Position numbers and translations under genes: made by a program. Under the pieces are notes generated by a model. The model was given only the letters and a program-made list of their open reading frames with translations, did not search any database and was not told the DNA's origin. Positions 1-10,082 of a stretch of 64,000 bases of DNA are shown one piece after another (the stretch's first letter is position 1; the number at the start of each line of letters is the position of its first letter). Source of the stretch: Candidatus Bathyarchaeota archaeon (GTDB taxonomy: Archaea; Thermoproteota; Bathyarchaeia; Bathyarchaeales; Bathycorpusculaceae); assembly GCA_963806535.1 (NCBI GenBank), contig CAWDYC010000009.1:32001-96000 (forward strand). The letters run 5' to 3'.

Positions 1-248
1 TTATAGCGTGATATGAAACAGTCGCTTATACGTTTTCATTCCTTAAATGGAGAGTTCTTCAACTCCTTCCCTTGAAGTTTTCTTTTCAATTAATAGTCAG
101 TTGAGCAGTGAATTTGATTTTTGACTGAATTTTACTTGATTGAGTCTTTGGGGTTTTGGCTTTTCAGAAATTTATGAACCATGACTAAAGAACGTTTATT
201 AAGTCTTACTACAAGATTTTGGTTTGACGTCAAGACGTGAAATAAACA

Positions 249-713
249 TTGAAATTCAAAAAAGCACATTCAATTGCAGTAATCGCATTAGTTTTCATCG
301 CAACCGCATTTACATTAGTAACCTCAGCGGTACTCCTAAACCAACAGAAAGTTCCAGCACAAGACGAAGTTGGCAGCAACGTATCAAGCTCAAAAAACAT
401 TGGTGTCTACGTAAATGAAGCAGCTACTACCGGTTGCTCAAACGTTGATTGGGGAAACTTATGCCCAGGCGGCTCAACAAGTCAAATTTTATATATCAAA
501 AATACTGGAAACATTAAAGAAACACTCAACATGACAACCTCGGACTGGAATCCAATTTCTGCCAATTCAGTTTTGATTTTAACATGGGACAAAGAAAACA
601 CCACATTATCCCCAGGAACAGTAATTCCTGCAACACTTGAGCTTACAGCGGCTTCAGAGACTGGAAGCCTAACAGCTTTCAACTTTGCCATTCAGATATC
701 AGGAAACCCCTAA
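249..713 (+). CDS. Exported/membrane-anchored hypothetical protein (small beta-sandwich-like)
   Basis: N-terminal Lys-rich segment plus hydrophobic helix; Ser/Thr/Asn-rich domain with 'VDWGNLCPG' and 'YIKNTGN'. Confidence 0.65.
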   Translation: MKFKKAHSIAVIALVFIATAFTLVTSAVLLNQQKVPAQDEVGSNVSSSKNIGVYVNEAATTGCSNVDWGNLCPGGSTSQILYIKNTGNIKETLNMTTSDWNPISANSVLILTWDKENTTLSPGTVIPATLELTAASETGSLTAFNFAIQISGNP

Positions 714-892
714 GAAAACAAAGAATGACTGCTTTATTATCTGCAATTTACCTGCCATAAACTAGATTTTGGTTTTAGTTTGAATTAAATTGCTGAGAAT
801 AATTAGTTGGTGATATCGCATTACAAAGTTCTATAACAAATAGAAGTGAAGCTTGAAAAGGAAAAATTGAAAAAAATTTAAGAAAATCGCGT

Positions 893-1180
893 CTATTGTT
901 TGTTGGTCATTTCGTTAATTTGCTGTTCCATTGCATGTCCACGGCAGAAAACGGTTGCTTTTGTGACACCTGGAACAGTTTTGGCAGCAGCTTTTATGTC
1001 GGCGGCAAGTTTGAATGCGATAGGGCAGAATGGGCTTGTGGGTACGAATTCTACTGTGACTTCTCCTGGAGCTGTTTCTTTGACGCTTTGAATCATTTGC
1101 ATTTCAGCGAATGATTGTCCAGTTTCTGGGTCTTCTACTTTACCTACTTCTATGCGTACCTTATTTTCTAATTCGCTCAT
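893..1180 (-). CDS. DUF59/SufT-like Fe-S cluster assembly protein
   Basis: 'VEDPETG' and 'PTSPFCP' motifs; start moved to ATG 1180 (MSELENK) behind GAGG. Confidence 0.8.
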   Translation of the reverse strand: MSELENKVRIEVGKVEDPETGQSFAEMQMIQSVKETAPGEVTVEFVPTSPFCPIAFKLAADIKAAAKTVPGVTKATVFCRGHAMEQQINEMTNKQ

Positions 1181-1387
1181 TTTATTAACCTCTAACTTGA
1201 GTGAAAGAAATATGAAATGACAATGATATAAACCGAACGCATCAATTCTGTTGCCGCATATGACCCCAACAAAAGGTAAGAAAAACCGGCTAAACAAAGG
1301 CTAAAGCGTTTCTAAATTAGTTCTCGTTTAGCGGGCTTAATGTTTAAGTTTTGCTTCAAATATAATCAAATGTGAAGGCTATGTCGA

Positions 1388-1807
1388 ATGGCGTTTGACG
1401 AAGCATGCATATTTTGCAAAATAGTAAGAAAACAAGCGGCATCCAGCACCATATACGAAGACAAGACAGTAATGGCTTTCCTTGACATAAGACCATTAAA
1501 CATTGGACATACGCTTGTTGTGCCCAAAGTCCATTACATTGACATTTTTGATATTCCAGAAAACGAATTATGCAATATTCATAAAGCGTCCAAATTAATT
1601 TCCCCAGCAATCAAAAAAGCAACTAAAGCAGACGGCATCAGTATTATTCAGCAAAACGGTAAATCGGCAGGCCAGGACATATTCCATTTTCATGTACATG
1701 TAGTTCCAAGATTTGAAGACCAAAAAATGCCCAGTTTTAGTGAGCTTAAACCTGTTGAGCGAGCCAAGCTTGATGAGATGGCGAAGAAAATTATGCAGCA
1801 TCTCTAA
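1388..1807 (+). CDS. hit: HIT family nucleotide hydrolase
   Basis: CIFCKI N-terminus, GHTLVVPK, histidine triad HFHVHVVPR. Confidence 0.92.
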   Translation: MAFDEACIFCKIVRKQAASSTIYEDKTVMAFLDIRPLNIGHTLVVPKVHYIDIFDIPENELCNIHKASKLISPAIKKATKADGISIIQQNGKSAGQDIFHFHVHVVPRFEDQKMPSFSELKPVERAKLDEMAKKIMQHL

Positions 1808-1901
1808 CATAAGTTTTGGATAGCGATGTAAAATATTGGATATTCTTATTAGATTGGAAATCCTAGAATAATATAGCGAGATTTTAGGCAGGTGTTATTT
1901 T

Positions 1902-2072
1902 TTGGCAAATAAAAAAGATGACAAATATCAATGCGAAGACTGCGGGCTTGTTATTTTGGTTGAAGAACCTTGCGGTTGCGAATCGACTGAGATTGTCTGT
2001 TGTGGCGAACCAATGAAACCAGTCAAAACATCTCAAAAAGCAGCACCGAAACCAAGCTCTAAAAGCAAATAA
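1902..2072 (+). CDS. Desulforedoxin-like small metal-binding protein (56 aa, not in ORF track)
   Basis: TTG start after GCAGGTG; manual translation MANKKDDKYQCEDCGLVILVEEPCGCESTEIVCCGEPMKPVKTSQKAAPKPSSKSK; CxxCG...CCGEPM pattern. Confidence 0.75.
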   Translation: MANKKDDKYQCEDCGLVILVEEPCGCESTEIVCCGEPMKPVKTSQKAAPKPSSKSK

Positions 2073-2131
2073 ATTCATAAATAATAATCCTATTTTTTTA
2101 TTTTTTCAAGCAAATATATAAAAGATATTTT

Positions 2132-2174
2132 AAAAAAAATGAGGCCCCTGCACAATTGCAGGTCTACTTTTTTT
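2132..2174. terminator. Probable bidirectional terminator between convergent genes
   Basis: A-tract, CCCTGCA-caat-TGCAGGG hairpin, T-tract. Confidence 0.6.
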
Positions 2175-2611
2175 TACATCATCTTGTTAGCAGCATCCAT
2201 TTTTGGCATTAACACTTTATCAATAGCATGGCAAACTCCATTGTCCACAACGAGGTCTGGTTTGATGATGTTTGCACCGTTAACTTTCATGTTTTTATGC
2301 AAATGCCAAGTTTTAGCGTCTATCCTTAATTCTCCTCCTGAAAGCGCTTGCAAATACTCGTGCTTAGCCAAATCGGCCGCCATCATTTTTCCTTCACACA
2401 CATGGAAAGTTAAAACTTCCTTCAACTTGGCAGTGTCTTTCATGAGCATGTCCCAGTCAGCTTTGGGAATTTTATTGAATGCTTCGTCTGTTGGCGCAAA
2501 GACGGTGAATGGACCTGGACCTTTAAGTGTATCAACTAATCCTGCTGTTTTTACTGCTTCTACAAGCTTTGTCATTCCTGATGCCATTGCAGCATCAACA
2601 ATATCCGGCAA
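2174..2611 (-). CDS. Fasciclin (FAS1) domain protein
   Basis: GPFTVFAPTDEAF and NGVCHAIDKVL motifs; TTG start at 2611 behind GGAGGTGA. Confidence 0.9.
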   Translation of the reverse strand: MPDIVDAAMASGMTKLVEAVKTAGLVDTLKGPGPFTVFAPTDEAFNKIPKADWDMLMKDTAKLKEVLTFHVCEGKMMAADLAKHEYLQALSGGELRIDAKTWHLHKNMKVNGANIIKPDLVVDNGVCHAIDKVLMPKMDAANKMM

Positions 2612-2690
2612 AATTTCACCTCCACTTACAATTAAACCTTGAAAATCCACTGAAGTATAATTGATAAAATATGTTTTAAACTTTGCTAGT

Positions 2691-3182
2691 CTATGGATGC
2701 TGGTGTTTGTATCTCCAGAAACCCATGTAAGGCGCTTCCAAACCCATTTGCCAAAGAACTGCTGACAATTCACCATAATGAATCATGTCTTCTATAACCA
2801 TGTGCGTTAGCACGGTTTCAACGCTAACTTCTAGAGAAGGTTTCTCACCCCAAGGGACTGCGATTTGGCGGCCTAATTCTTCAACTGACAGCTTGCCAAG
2901 ATAGTTTTGCGTGTTTTCCTTCACTTGTAACATATACTTCTTCAATGAATCCATATTCTTGAAGGCATCAAAGTCAGGGTCAACCCAATCCTTGAAGCGG
3001 CCAGGAATAACATAGCTAATCCATCTGTCTTCTACTAGCGTCAAATGCAGAAAGACGTTTCGCATAGAACCAAAACTCAAACCTTTAAGAGCAACAACTT
3101 CAGCCCAAGACAATTTTGCGATAGCATCAAAATATAGCCCTCGAACGGTGTGGTTGTAACAGATTAAATCGGTAACTTGCAT
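2691..3182 (-). CDS. DinB/YfiT family protein
   Basis: 'SMRNVFLHL' and 'HMVIEDMIHYGEL' His pattern. Confidence 0.8.
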   Translation of the reverse strand: MQVTDLICYNHTVRGLYFDAIAKLSWAEVVALKGLSFGSMRNVFLHLTLVEDRWISYVIPGRFKDWVDPDFDAFKNMDSLKKYMLQVKENTQNYLGKLSVEELGRQIAVPWGEKPSLEVSVETVLTHMVIEDMIHYGELSAVLWQMGLEAPYMGFWRYKHQHP

Positions 3183-3242
3183 GAAACTTGCTTGCGCCAA
3201 ATAGATATTTAAAACTTGAGTGATTTCTTATTTGAATGAGCT

Positions 3243-3650
3243 TTAGGTTGGGGGTCTTTTTTGCGCATATTGGTATCTGCGAGGTTTGCCGATTCGTGTT
3301 AAAATGTTGTCTTTAACTAGATCGACAAGGGCATGAGCTACGGCTGTACGATCATAGTGAAATCCTTTGCGTGCAAGCTCGGTGTGGACATCATCTAAGC
3401 CTCTTGGCTCCGTGAACCATTTTTCTTCCCATAGTTTTTGGATCACGCCTTTGCAAGTTTCTGCTCGTGGTGGCGGTGCTTGACGTTCGGCGACTTGGGC
3501 GAGGTTGGTGTTTTTTAGGCGTTCGGTGACGGTGGCGAGTATTCTGTCTACGGCGGTCTGTATTTGGTCTGGTTGGGCTTCGATTTCGAATTCTATGTCG
3601 CCGACTTTCATCTTTACGCGTATTGGAGGATTTTGCTGTTTTTCTGTCAA
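3243..3650 (-). CDS. Putative winged-HTH DNA-binding protein with small N-terminal beta domain
   Basis: C-terminal 'WFTEPRGLDDVHTELARKG...AVAHALVDLVKDNILTRIGKPRRYQY' wHTH-like pattern. Confidence 0.65.
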   Translation of the reverse strand: MTEKQQNPPIRVKMKVGDIEFEIEAQPDQIQTAVDRILATVTERLKNTNLAQVAERQAPPPRAETCKGVIQKLWEEKWFTEPRGLDDVHTELARKGFHYDRTAVAHALVDLVKDNILTRIGKPRRYQYAQKRPPT

Positions 3651-3670
3651 GTTCTCACTTATTGTCTATT

Positions 3671-3699
3671 GTATTGTGCAAGATGCACATGCACAATAC
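3671..3699. promoter_or_regulatory. Perfect 10-bp inverted repeat (candidate operator) in divergent intergenic region
   Basis: GTATTGTGCA-N9-TGCACAATAC. Confidence 0.55.
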
Positions 3700-3707
3700 T
3701 TAAATAT

Positions 3708-3738
3708 TTCACCAATAAAGATATTGAATATTGGTGAA
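3708..3738. promoter_or_regulatory. Perfect 10-bp inverted repeat overlapping the nurA Shine-Dalgarno
   Basis: TTCACCAATA-N11-TATTGGTGAA; GGTGA lies in the right arm. Confidence 0.5.
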
Positions 3739-3740
3739 TC

Positions 3741-4820
3741 ATGGTGATTGAACAATATACAATTACTAACAAATATAACTTTCCACAACCAACCATCGAC
3801 ACAATCCTCCCCCAACGCTTCTTAGAACAAAGCCTCTATTCCCTCAAAAAAGTCCAACATCAACCACTCCAACTAAACCCCAAAAACATCCAACAATTCA
3901 CTACAACAGAGCAATATCCATCAAACCTACAGCTCAAACCAAACTCAATCCCCATAAAACCAGATCACCAAGAAACCCTGATCGCCGCCGTCGACACCTC
4001 AACAATAAAAATCGGTGACACAAGCACCGGTATGATAGTTGCTATTCGAGGAGCAACTACATGGAAACAAAACCGAACCTACAAATACACGCGTCTTGGC
4101 CCCTTCATATTTCACATAACCGAGGATAACAAAAACCAACTCTACAACACGCTGGAACACGCTTATTTCAGCACAACTTACGGTAGCATGCATCAAGCAG
4201 CGCCGAACATCATGCAAATGCCAACTCGACTCGCAAGTCTCTTAGAACGGTGGCTGCAAACGATGGTGGCCAAAACCGTGGACAAAGGTGTATTGCTTTT
4301 CGACGGTTCATTAACATCAGGAACCTTTGATACCCCTGTTCAACGTCTCAGGGAAATTCTTAGTTACGCAAGAAGAAACAATAGCACTGTTTTAGCTTTT
4401 TCAAAAGCAACTACGCTGAGGGCTAACGGCCTCTTGATAACTGAGCAGCTTCCAAACCATGATCCTCCATACCTAATCGAAACCACAGGGTTGCATTCTA
4501 GGCCTCCAATCATTTTGCTTGGCGATGTTTATGTAGCGCGGTTAAACAAGGCAAACTTTGCCTTCCGCCTAGACATCGACAAAGAAACACCCTCTGAACA
4601 AAGAATTGACGCCCTTCAGAAACTGCTGGGCAACGACCTCTACACACAAAGCTATCCAGAAACCCTATGCCTCTCACATATACTTTGCACATTCACCGCC
4701 AACGAAGTCTTGGCTATGAAACACTTCATCACACGCAAACACGGTATACAAATAATCAATCGACCAGACATACATCGGCTGCTTTTCGGATCATTCGGCA
4801 ATGGGGAATTTTACTCATGA
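3741..4820 (+). CDS. nurA: NurA-family 5'-3' nuclease
   Basis: AAVDTS, LLFDGSL, FSK and YPETLCLSH motifs; adjacent to a HerA-like ATPase. Confidence 0.8.
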   Translation: MVIEQYTITNKYNFPQPTIDTILPQRFLEQSLYSLKKVQHQPLQLNPKNIQQFTTTEQYPSNLQLKPNSIPIKPDHQETLIAAVDTSTIKIGDTSTGMIVAIRGATTWKQNRTYKYTRLGPFIFHITEDNKNQLYNTLEHAYFSTTYGSMHQAAPNIMQMPTRLASLLERWLQTMVAKTVDKGVLLFDGSLTSGTFDTPVQRLREILSYARRNNSTVLAFSKATTLRANGLLITEQLPNHDPPYLIETTGLHSRPPIILLGDVYVARLNKANFAFRLDIDKETPSEQRIDALQKLLGNDLYTQSYPETLCLSHILCTFTANEVLAMKHFITRKHGIQIINRPDIHRLLFGSFGNGEFYS

Positions 4821-6277
4821 AACTCTATAAAAAAGAAGGAAACATTCTGCAAATAATTAGTTTCCCAATGGAGAGCGCTGAAAAAGGCGATTACCTCCTT
4901 ATTGAAGACCAAGATGCAGCGAAAGCTCTAATTGCCCAAGTTATTGACGTGCAGTTTGCCGCTGTTCCCGGCGTTCTTGAAGAGCTTCTACGAACTTTGC
5001 CTGATGGAGGAGAACAGTTGCAGGGCGAAGATATTGACCCCATGGAAATCGCACCTCATATCACTTACATTCAAGATGCTAGCCTTTTGATTTGCAAGAT
5101 AAGGGCAACCTTGGAAAATGAAATGTTAAGTCCAAGTAGCAGCTGGTTACCCAGCCGTTCCCAATCCACCATCAAGAAATTGTCCATTCCCATGCTTTTG
5201 AAACTGGCAAAAACAGATGGGAAACTTCCGATTATGTTGGGTGGAACTAAGGACTCATCACTTTTAACCATCGATGCTACTGACTTGGACGGCACATTAA
5301 ACATTATAACAGGTAAGAAGGGCTGTGGTAAGTCACATCTCTCCAAACTCCTCATGGTTAACCTTGTCGGCTACAAAGCAACCGTTGTCATCTTCGACTT
5401 AAATGGGGAATACTCAAGCTTAGGAATGACAAACGATGGCAGAAAAAACGTATATTATGATAAAATTCACACTTTGACCCCCTCGCAGAACTTCAAAGTG
5501 GCACTTGAACAACTGCCCCTAAACACGGTAATGGGCATACTCGTAAACGCTCTGCATCTACCCGGCACCTCCGCACGGGAATTTAGGCGACTATGGAAAA
5601 TGCTCAAAGAACAGGGAAAACTCAACATGAAACAGTTGGGCGAGGCGATCAGGGACTTAAATTGCAACCAGCATGTACGAGATGCGTTAGCTTCAAGATT
5701 CCACTCTTTTGCAAACTCTGGCTTTTTTACCGACACCCTAGTTGAAGCAACATTTCTTGATGAAAGCATCTTGAAATCCAAAGACCTTGGCGGCGCCATA
5801 GTAATAAATCTCAAAAACACATCCAATATTGATCGACAAATCGTTGTCGAATATGTCTTGGGTAAACTGGTTGATTCACTTTCAAATTGGAAACTCAAAG
5901 CCGTATTCTTATTTGCGGAAGAAGCACATCTCTACCTAAGAGAAACCTACTGGGACGACATCGTCACCCGCATGCGACACTATGGCATATTTACCACATT
6001 CATCACAAATCAACCAGACACCATCCAGGAAACCATCTACCGCCAAGCCGACAACATCTTTCTATTCAACTTCACCAACGAACACGACCTAGATGTTGTC
6101 AGCCGCGCAGCCCGAGTCGATGCCGAAACTGTGCGTTCAATCGCCCGAGACCTTCCACCTCACCACTGTCTCACATTAGGCAGAGTTGTCAGTGACTTTC
6201 CCATAGTGGCCAGAGTCCGAGCTTTAGATATCAAAACACTTGGTGAAACAAGGTTGTTCTTTAAAGATAAGAATTAG
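4817..6277 (+). CDS. herA: HerA/FtsK-family ATPase (DUF87)
   Basis: Walker A GKKGCGKS, IFDLNGEY, Walker B FAEEAH, RMRHYG, TNQP; ATGA overlap with the nurA stop. Confidence 0.85.
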   Translation: MKLYKKEGNILQIISFPMESAEKGDYLLIEDQDAAKALIAQVIDVQFAAVPGVLEELLRTLPDGGEQLQGEDIDPMEIAPHITYIQDASLLICKIRATLENEMLSPSSSWLPSRSQSTIKKLSIPMLLKLAKTDGKLPIMLGGTKDSSLLTIDATDLDGTLNIITGKKGCGKSHLSKLLMVNLVGYKATVVIFDLNGEYSSLGMTNDGRKNVYYDKIHTLTPSQNFKVALEQLPLNTVMGILVNALHLPGTSAREFRRLWKMLKEQGKLNMKQLGEAIRDLNCNQHVRDALASRFHSFANSGFFTDTLVEATFLDESILKSKDLGGAIVINLKNTSNIDRQIVVEYVLGKLVDSLSNWKLKAVFLFAEEAHLYLRETYWDDIVTRMRHYGIFTTFITNQPDTIQETIYRQADNIFLFNFTNEHDLDVVSRAARVDAETVRSIARDLPPHHCLTLGRVVSDFPIVARVRALDIKTLGETRLFFKDKN

Positions 6278-6408
6278 CAGCAAATTTTTTTTGATTTTAA
6301 CAAAAACAATCCATAAATGAAGGGATTGATTGCTAAATAGAAAATTGTTGTTGCTCGATGTAATCACAAGTTTTCATATAGTTCAGACGCGAATATTAAC
6401 AAGTGACT

Positions 6409-6559
6409 TTGTTGATTTCGAGTTATAAACATAAATGTCCAAAATGCGGAAAAGAGTTGTCTAAACCTGCCTAGGGAATTAGAGAACTCAGTTTTTTGTG
6501 TAGCAGTTTTCAGATGTGACGCATGCGGTACTTCATCCAAGTATTCTCGGGAATATTAG
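6409..6559 (+). CDS. Small CxxCG...CxxCG zinc-ribbon protein (Cren7-like spacing), one frameshift at ~6472
   Basis: Manual translation KHKCPKCGKELSKP / RELENSVFCVAVFRCDACGTSSKYSREY. Confidence 0.5.
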
Positions 6560-6628
6560 AAACAAATAAAAATCAATTTTTTAAGGGCTTTTTATAGTAA
6601 GTTTGCATCTCTTAGTTTTAAAAAATGT

Positions 6629-7072
6629 TCAATAGGAATTAGCTTTTTCCAATTCTTCCTTGTTATTTCTGAAGAAAAGCCGAAAGGAAGCTGTTAAATC
6701 GTAGCTTTCCACATCTTCAAATGAAACCCAGCGTAGTTCCATTGCATCGCTTGCAGCCTGAGCGGTTCCTTTTTTCACGTGAATAAGATATTCGATTATT
6801 ATATAATGGTATTTGACTTTGTTCTTCTCATCCAAATCAACGTTGCTTACTACGTCGATTAATGCTGGATTGCCAACCTCTAAGCCAGTTTCCTCTCGGG
6901 CTTCTCGTATAACTGCTTGCTCTGGGCTTTCAGCAAGCTCGACTAAGCCACCTGGAATTGTCCATTTGCCTTTGCTTGGCTCGTTTCCTCGTTTAATCAG
7001 GGCGATTTTGCCTTCTTTGATTATTACGGCGCCGACGCCTACGACTGGCTGGTCGGGGTATAAACGCTTCAC
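6629..7072 (-). CDS. NUDIX hydrolase (ADP-ribose pyrophosphatase-like)
   Basis: Nudix box GGLVELAESPEQAVIREAREETGL. Confidence 0.92.
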   Translation of the reverse strand: MKRLYPDQPVVGVGAVIIKEGKIALIKRGNEPSKGKWTIPGGLVELAESPEQAVIREAREETGLEVGNPALIDVVSNVDLDEKNKVKYHYIIIEYLIHVKKGTAQAASDAMELRWVSFEDVESYDLTASFRLFFRNNKEELEKANSY

Positions 7073-7097
7073 AGTTTATGCCTCTTCTGGCCCTATG

Positions 7098-8435
7098 TTA
7101 CTCGTATCTTAAAGCTTCAACTGGTTTCAATTTAGATGCGCGCCAAGCAGGGTACAATGCGAAGATTACGCTTATTCCTACGCCGAAAACTAATGCACCA
7201 ACCAATACCTCTGGAGTTAGCAGCGGTGTTATTTTGAATGCGCCGCCTCCACCGAATACTCCTGAACCTAATACCCTAGCTGTTACGTTTGCCAGAATCC
7301 AGCCAAGAATTATGCCAACGACCGCGCCGATTAACCCGATTATGACTGATTCGCCGAGGAAAATTGTTAAGACTGTTCGGCTTTTCATGCCTAATGCTTT
7401 GAGTATGCCAATTTCGCGTGTGCGTTCAATTAACGATACTATCATGATGTTCATTATGCCGATTCCTGCAACTAGTAGTGAAATTGCTGCGATGCCGCCT
7501 AGGAAAAGCTGTATTGTGCTAAATACGGTCGTTAGCAAACTCAGGACTGCTGTTGACGATATGACGGAAACTTGACCGTCAAAATGATCAGTAATTGCTT
7601 TAGAGACAGTTGTTATTGTAGCGTTATCGCTGCTTTTTAGTTGAACGATAATAGAGTCACATTGGGTTGTTCCAAAAAAGCTTTCTGCTTGCGTTATTGG
7701 TATGTATACACCGTCGTCTGATGGTCCTCCGGCACCGAAGCCTCCGACTTTTTGGAGGACGCCTGAGACTTGTGCATTGTAAGTTTCGTTTATGACTGGG
7801 AGTATTGTTGCGTTAGTCCATATTATGCCAACGCTGTCACCTGCATTAAAAAACAATGTGCCGGTTTGTCCAGGATCATTTACGCGTGAACCAACAACTA
7901 TCTGGTTGTCATTGGGGTTTAATGGTATGGTTCCTGATGCTGCTATGAAAGTTTTGCTAAATTGCTGGGCATATTTGCTGAAATCTACACCGTAAATCGT
8001 AACTGTACCGTTATAGCCGCTTGTTTCAACATAGCCTGTCCTTTGAATTACAGCAAAAGAAGAGACAATATCTGGCGATAAAACATCAATTTGATCAGTA
8101 TAATTCACGTATAAGTTGAAGCCTGAGCCGCTTGAACCGCCTCCCCCTCCTAAACCCAAGCCTCCTCCGCCACCACCGCCACGTGCACCAAGACCGCCGC
8201 CTCCTCCACTTGTGGCTGAGGCTAACGCGCTGGTCCCTGAAGTAACAATTAACGTGTTGGTTGATAGTCCTTGTTGGAGAGAATTAGTTATGGTGGCTTG
8301 TAATCCCTGGGTGATTGAGAGTAGAGCCACTATGGCAGCAATTCCTATAATTACGCCTAAGGTTGTTAATGCAGCACGTAGCTTGCGAAGTCTAATTGCG
8401 CTGAATGAATAACCGAAAATATCTATTGTCTTCAT
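7098..8435 (-). CDS. MacB/FtsX-type ABC transporter permease
   Basis: RAALTTLGVIIG, ERTREIGILKALG, PVEALRYE; Gly-rich insert. Confidence 0.92.
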   Translation of the reverse strand: MKTIDIFGYSFSAIRLRKLRAALTTLGVIIGIAAIVALLSITQGLQATITNSLQQGLSTNTLIVTSGTSALASATSGGGGGLGARGGGGGGGLGLGGGGGSSGSGFNLYVNYTDQIDVLSPDIVSSFAVIQRTGYVETSGYNGTVTIYGVDFSKYAQQFSKTFIAASGTIPLNPNDNQIVVGSRVNDPGQTGTLFFNAGDSVGIIWTNATILPVINETYNAQVSGVLQKVGGFGAGGPSDDGVYIPITQAESFFGTTQCDSIIVQLKSSDNATITTVSKAITDHFDGQVSVISSTAVLSLLTTVFSTIQLFLGGIAAISLLVAGIGIMNIMIVSLIERTREIGILKALGMKSRTVLTIFLGESVIIGLIGAVVGIILGWILANVTARVLGSGVFGGGGAFKITPLLTPEVLVGALVFGVGISVIFALYPAWRASKLKPVEALRYE

Positions 8436-9133
8436 TCTTGATTCACCGTTTCTGATATAATTTGGCCATCAAACATCTGCAGAGTTCTATTTGCTTCTCT
8501 AGCCAAATGTTGGTCATGAGTAACCATGATAATGCTAACTTTGTTTTCAACGTTAAGCTTTTTGATCAAAGCAATAACTTCATTTGCAGTTTTAGAATCA
8601 ATATTTCCAGTTGGCTCATCGAGCAGCAAAAATTTGGGGTTATTTGCTAATGCTCTTGCTACTGCGACCCTTTGCTGCTGTCCTCCACTTAGTTCAGCTG
8701 GCTTGTGGTTGATTCGATCTTTTAAGCCGACGGTTTCAAGAAGCTCTATAGCTCTTTTTGTTCTTTCTGCTTTCCCTAATTCCGCAATAGACATCGACAA
8801 TTCAACATTATCTTTCGCGGTTAATCTTGGAATTAAATTAAAAAATTGGAAAACGAACCCGATTCGCCTACGCAAATCGGCTAATTGATTGTCATTAAGT
8901 TTTAAGATGTCTACACCGTCAATCAGCATTGTTCCTGATGTTGGCTTATCGAGTGCGCCAATCAGGTTGAGCATTGTGGATTTTCCGCTTCCTGAAGGTC
9001 CAAGTATCGAGACAAAGTCTCCTGTATCAACTTTGAGGTTTACTCCTCGAAGTGCTTCAACTGGGACTTTTCCAAGCATGTAGGTTTTTTTGACGTCTAT
9101 AGCTTCTACGACAGGTAATGGCTTTGTTGACAT
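8432..9133 (-). CDS. LolD/MacB-type ABC ATP-binding protein
   Basis: GPSGSGKST, LSGGQQQRV, LLDEPTGN. Confidence 0.93.
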   Translation of the reverse strand: MSTKPLPVVEAIDVKKTYMLGKVPVEALRGVNLKVDTGDFVSILGPSGSGKSTMLNLIGALDKPTSGTMLIDGVDILKLNDNQLADLRRRIGFVFQFFNLIPRLTAKDNVELSMSIAELGKAERTKRAIELLETVGLKDRINHKPAELSGGQQQRVAVARALANNPKFLLLDEPTGNIDSKTANEVIALIKKLNVENKVSIIMVTHDQHLAREANRTLQMFDGQIISETVNQE

Positions 9134-9214
9134 TTTTTTCGCACTCTATCTTCTTTTAATTTATTGGGCATATTACTCTGATATAAAGACTAGTTATGTC
9201 TGAAATGGAACCAT

Positions 9215-9235
9215 AAAAAAGGGCGGTTCTTGCCC
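9215..9235 (-). terminator. Hairpin plus U-tract terminator
   Basis: Minus strand GGGCA-agaac-CGCCC-TTTTTT directly after the permease stop. Confidence 0.55.
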
Positions 9236-10082
9236 TTACTTGTTTAGGTATCTCCATGAGAGAACCACGCAAACGATTGTTACAATTATTGCGAAGGTAC
9301 CGACGTACGCAAAGTCAAGTGGGAGAGGTCCAAATCCATCGCTGAACACCATTAATCGTCTTACCGCATCGATTGTGTATGATATTGGGTTAACGCTTGC
9401 GACTGCTTGAAGCCAATTTGGCATTTGGGCAATTGGGAAGTATGCGCTGCTTGCAAACATTAGAGGTAGCGTAACTAGTTGGAAGATTGCTTGTGGCATT
9501 TCCATTCTTGTGGCTCTAAGTGTTAGCGCAGTGAAGAACGATGCTAAGCCAACACTAATCAAGAATACTATGGCGAATATTCCAAGTATGCTGTACCATG
9601 CGAAGTTGGTTCCAGTGCTGAGTCCTAAGGCGAAAGCGACTGCGGCTACAATGGCTGATTGGAAGATGGCTCGTACGCTTGCAGCTAGCACTTTTGATAG
9701 GATTATAGATGATCTTGATACTGGTGTGCTTAAGACTTTGTTCATGAAGCCTAATCGTTTGTCCCATACTACCGACATGCCTACGAATGCCGTTGTGAAT
9801 ACTACTGTGAATGCTACCATGCTCATTGACATAAATGAGAAGTAATCCGTGTGTTCCAAATGTGTGCATCATAACCTGTGTTGGGTTTATACCTGGAATG
9901 CCGCTTACGATATTGCCAAGGTTCATTGCTTTGCCAAGCAGAGCTAACCATAAAATCGGCTGGATTATTCCCATTGCTAGAACAAACGGTTGCTGATACC
10001 ATTTCTTGAGTTCTCGATTAGTTAATGCCCAGAGACCATGCATGCGACTCTTTGAAACCTGGTTTTCATCTGTTTTGCTCAT
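9236..10082 (-). CDS. ABC-2 (DrrB-like) permease, frameshift at ~9853
   Basis: Two overlapping ORFs join into one permease (RELKKW...; LSTPVSR...NPISYTIDAVR). Confidence 0.8.

Noticed and set aside
4667-4816. N-terminal extension of the HerA ORF in the track
   Set aside because: It overlaps the nurA coding region; ATG 4817 with ATGA coupling is more plausible.
6472-6474. TAG as pyrrolysine or readthrough codon in the zinc-ribbon ORF
   Set aside because: The second half lies in a different frame, so an indel explains it and readthrough does not.
8116-8412. Pro-rich plus-strand ORF
   Set aside because: Antisense of the Gly-rich loop in the MacB-type permease.
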